In this document: positions 34,770-36,479 of the stretch, one piece after another
How positions within the stretch are numbered: position 1 is the stretch's first letter
Layout: the number at the start of each line of letters is the position of its first letter
Virus record (IMG/VR): IMGVR_UViG_3300045988_166466
Length of the DNA stretch: 36,479 nt
Strand: one strand, 5' to 3'
Origin: a virus
Translations under genes and position numbers: made by a program
Notes under the pieces: model-generated
Told to the model about the DNA's origin: nothing
Seen by the model: only the letters and a program-made list of their open reading frames with translations
Database searches by the model: none

Positions 34770-35502
34770 ATTCGGTCATAGGCCAGCCGCAGTCAACGTA
34801 GGCCTCAACGCTCGCATGCTCGGGAACCTCATGAGAAATCGTAGAGAACGGGGCCGTTGAGCCGGGGGCAAGCTCGCCGTTGACGTACGTGTACGTGCCT
34901 CCCACGATTCCGCCGTCGGCGTTGCGGAACACCACCTGCACGCGGGTGCCCGAGAAGGTTCCCTCTGTGTTGTTGGCGATCTCACCAGCAACGGTGGTCT
35001 CTCCCCACTCGTCAACGCTCTCGGTGATGTTCTCGATGGGAAGCTGGTCGTAGAAATCCTTCTGGGTTATGTCCTGCTTCGTCCAACCGCTCGAACCAAC
35101 CGAAGCGGTTACGTCCAGGCTCGCGGTGCTATCCGGTGCGCCCATGTCGCCGCAAATGGCGGTCTGACCGTCCGGGAACATCAGGGTGATGTAGTCGTCA
35201 AGCGTATCGACAACGTTGCCATCTGAGTCGCGAGCTGCAACGGTCACGTGTATGTTCTCCGCTGCCCACGATGAGTTCGGGTTGCTCACGATCGCTGCAA
35301 AGTGCGCGCTTCCGTACGAGTCGAAGTAAAAGCCAGACTCAACGACCTCAAGATCAATCGGCTCAGCCTCAGACACTGCATCTGTGGTTGCTGGCTCATT
35401 CACCTGATTCGAGCCCATTTCTTGCGTTTGGCCGGTGCAACCGGAAAGGCCCAGAAGGGCAGTTCCTGTTACGAAAACGAACTCTCTTCTCGTAAGGCTC
35501 AT
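34768..35502 (-). CDS. Secreted lipoprotein (moron; candidate superinfection-exclusion or lysogenic-conversion protein)
   Basis: RREFVFVTGTALLGLSGC combines a Tat-like RR motif with a lipobox LSGC. Co-oriented with, and overlapping, the repressor gene. Confidence 0.7.
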   Translation of the reverse strand: MSLTRREFVFVTGTALLGLSGCTGQTQEMGSNQVNEPATTDAVSEAEPIDLEVVESGFYFDSYGSAHFAAIVSNPNSSWAAENIHVTVAARDSDGNVVDTLDDYITLMFPDGQTAICGDMGAPDSTASLDVTASVGSSGWTKQDITQKDFYDQLPIENITESVDEWGETTVAGEIANNTEGTFSGTRVQVVFRNADGGIVGGTYTYVNGELAPGSTAPFSTISHEVPEHASVEAYVDCGWPMTE

Positions 35503-35714
35503 TGATCCTCCTCGTATGTCATCCGTGCCATCTCCTCAAGCGAAACACCTAGGGCATCTGCTATAGCCTTCGCCTTCCCCAGCGTTGGCTCCTTCGCCCT
35601 CCCCTTCAAAAGTGCATTGATAGTTGATCGCGGCGAGCCAATGGCGTGCGCAAGCTCAGCAGGCGTCATCCCCTTCTGCTCAAGGTAGTGCGCAAGCACG
35701 TCCCGGTACTTCAT
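35499..35714 (-). CDS. XRE-family HTH repressor (cI-like, 71 aa)
   Basis: MTPAELAHAIGSPRSTINALLKG forms a helix-turn-helix. Divergent from a Cro-like gene, with palindromic operators between them. Confidence 0.75.
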   Translation of the reverse strand: MKYRDVLAHYLEQKGMTPAELAHAIGSPRSTINALLKGRAKEPTLGKAKAIADALGVSLEEMARMTYEEDQ

Positions 35715-35730
35715 CTCACGCCTCTCTTAG

Positions 35731-35812
35731 AGTACAATTATTTACACGTACAAAGTATTGCACGGTGCAAAACTTTGTACAATACTAACAGGCGTACAAA
35801 GTTTTGTACGCG
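35731..35812. promoter_or_regulatory. Divergent promoter/operator region: a 33-bp palindrome at 35748-35780 (GTACAAAGTATTGCAC-G-GTGCAAAACTTTGTAC), an 18-bp perfect palindrome at 35793-35810 (CGTACAAAGTTTTGTACG), and an extra GTACAA half-site at 35732
   Basis: Read directly. Confidence 0.7.
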
Positions 35813-35827
35813 AGAGAAGGGAGAGAG

Positions 35828-36043
35828 ATGACCCTGCAAGAGAAGGTAGGCCAGTATGTCGAGGCCAACCAAATGACAATGGGCGCGTTTGCCGACAAGC
35901 TCGGGATGAGCCGCTCGTCGTTGTTTAACAAAATGCGCGGATCAAACGAGTTCAGCCTTTCCGAGGCTTTCAACATGTCGCGCATCCTCGGCATGTCGCT
36001 TGACGAGTTTTATCGCCTCGCGGTTATCCAGCAGGTTTGCTAG
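35828..36043 (+). CDS. Cro-like XRE HTH protein
   Basis: RBS AAGGGAGAGAG. HTH MGAFADKLGMSRSSLFNKMRG. Confidence 0.7.
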   Translation: MTLQEKVGQYVEANQMTMGAFADKLGMSRSSLFNKMRGSNEFSLSEAFNMSRILGMSLDEFYRLAVIQQVC

Positions 36044-36051
36044 GGCTCGCC

Positions 36052-36141
36052 ATGGAAATCAACGAGCGCATCGAGTACATGCGCGACTTCCTCACAGCGC
36101 TCTACCTGCAATGGCTCGAAGAAGGTGAGCCGGTCAGGTGA
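36052..36141 (+). CDS. Very small ORF (29 aa)
   Basis: ATG. Its stop overlaps the next GTG. Confidence 0.2.
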   Translation: MEINERIEYMRDFLTALYLQWLEEGEPVR

Positions 36142-36479
36142 AGTGGACTACCCGAGAAATCAAGTACCTCGAAGAGCACGCCGACGAAGGCGCCGAGGCG
36201 GTTGCTGCATCCCTTGGCCGCACCGTCCAATCCGTCAAGGCTCAGGCCAAGCGCTACGGACTCTCACTCCGCAGGGCGTGGCAGTGCCCGAAGTGCGGGA
36301 TGCGCGTGCACACGCCGCTATCGCCCAAGACGGGCTGGTGCGTCGCTTGCACCCGCGAGCTTCGCAACGAGCGGATCGCCGAAGAGGTACGGGAGCTTCA
36401 GGAGGAGGTGAGACGGGAGGAGAGGGTCAACCGCGAGCGACAGAGGCTCTACAGCGCGAAGCACAGGGCCAGAAAAAAG
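36138..36479 (+). CDS. 5' part of a hypothetical Zn-ribbon/DNA-binding protein gene that wraps across the contig junction (continues at 1..110)
   Basis: GTG start. WQCPKCGMRVHTPLSPKTGWCVAC. The frame runs off the window end and continues at the window start. Confidence 0.5.
   Translation, partial: MKWTTREIKYLEEHADEGAEAVAASLGRTVQSVKAQAKRYGLSLRRAWQCPKCGMRVHTPLSPKTGWCVACTRELRNERIAEEVRELQEEVRREERVNRERQRLYSAKHRARKK
36385..36479. repeat. Terminal direct repeat, identical to 1..95
   Basis: Exact identity. Confidence 0.95.

Noticed and set aside
1-36479. tRNA, tmRNA or other structured RNA genes
   Set aside because: No convincing cloverleaf-like segment or conserved tRNA box stood out by eye. A tRNA search tool is needed to be sure.

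Overview
The window is a complete, circularly closed genome of about 36.4 kb from a temperate siphovirus. The first 95 nt are identical to the last 95 nt, so the unique length is about 36,384 bp. GC content is high (about 65 %), and the lysis genes (LysM-GH25 endolysin, Gram-positive-type holin) suggest a high-GC Gram-positive host, possibly Coriobacteriia or Actinobacteria (host assignment is inference). Genes are tightly packed, with many ATGA/TAATG start-stop overlaps, in this order. First comes the lysogeny switch: a divergent XRE repressor and a Cro-like protein with palindromic operators. Next is a long rightward early operon encoding RusA, an ERF annealase, SSB, a YraN-like nuclease, a replisome organizer, a DnaC-like loader, an HNH protein, about 18 small Cys-rich proteins (two Lar-family anti-restriction homologues among them) and a second HNH. 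Then the packaging module: a ParB-nuclease::N6-adenine methyltransferase fusion, a P27-family TerS and TerL. Then an HK97-like head module (portal, ClpP-like protease, capsid) and the tail module (tube, chaperone, 1361-aa tape measure, Dit, Tal-like protein, receptor-binding protein). A lysis cassette follows (membrane protein, holin, C39-like peptidase, GH25-LysM endolysin). On the opposite strand lie a large serine integrase, a lipoprotein moron and the repressor. The standout feature is directly downstream of the receptor-binding protein gene. A 12-bp core, TTCCGTATCCCA, occurs once in-frame inside the gene, then six more times in the same orientation, each followed by a promoterless alternative C-terminal cassette. 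It occurs once more inverted, with an inverted cassette, and a dedicated tyrosine recombinase gene lies immediately downstream of the inverted cassette; the stop codon of that recombinase gene is the first three bases of the inverted site. All spacings between sites are multiples of 3. This is the architecture of a multi-cassette shufflon, with eight interchangeable receptor-binding domains, built into a phage tail fibre. I consider it the most interesting, probably undescribed, system in the window. Coordinates follow the supplied ORF track wherever I could cross-check them. Around 30,420–30,540 my reading of the printed sequence and the track disagree by 1 nt, so features there are ±1.
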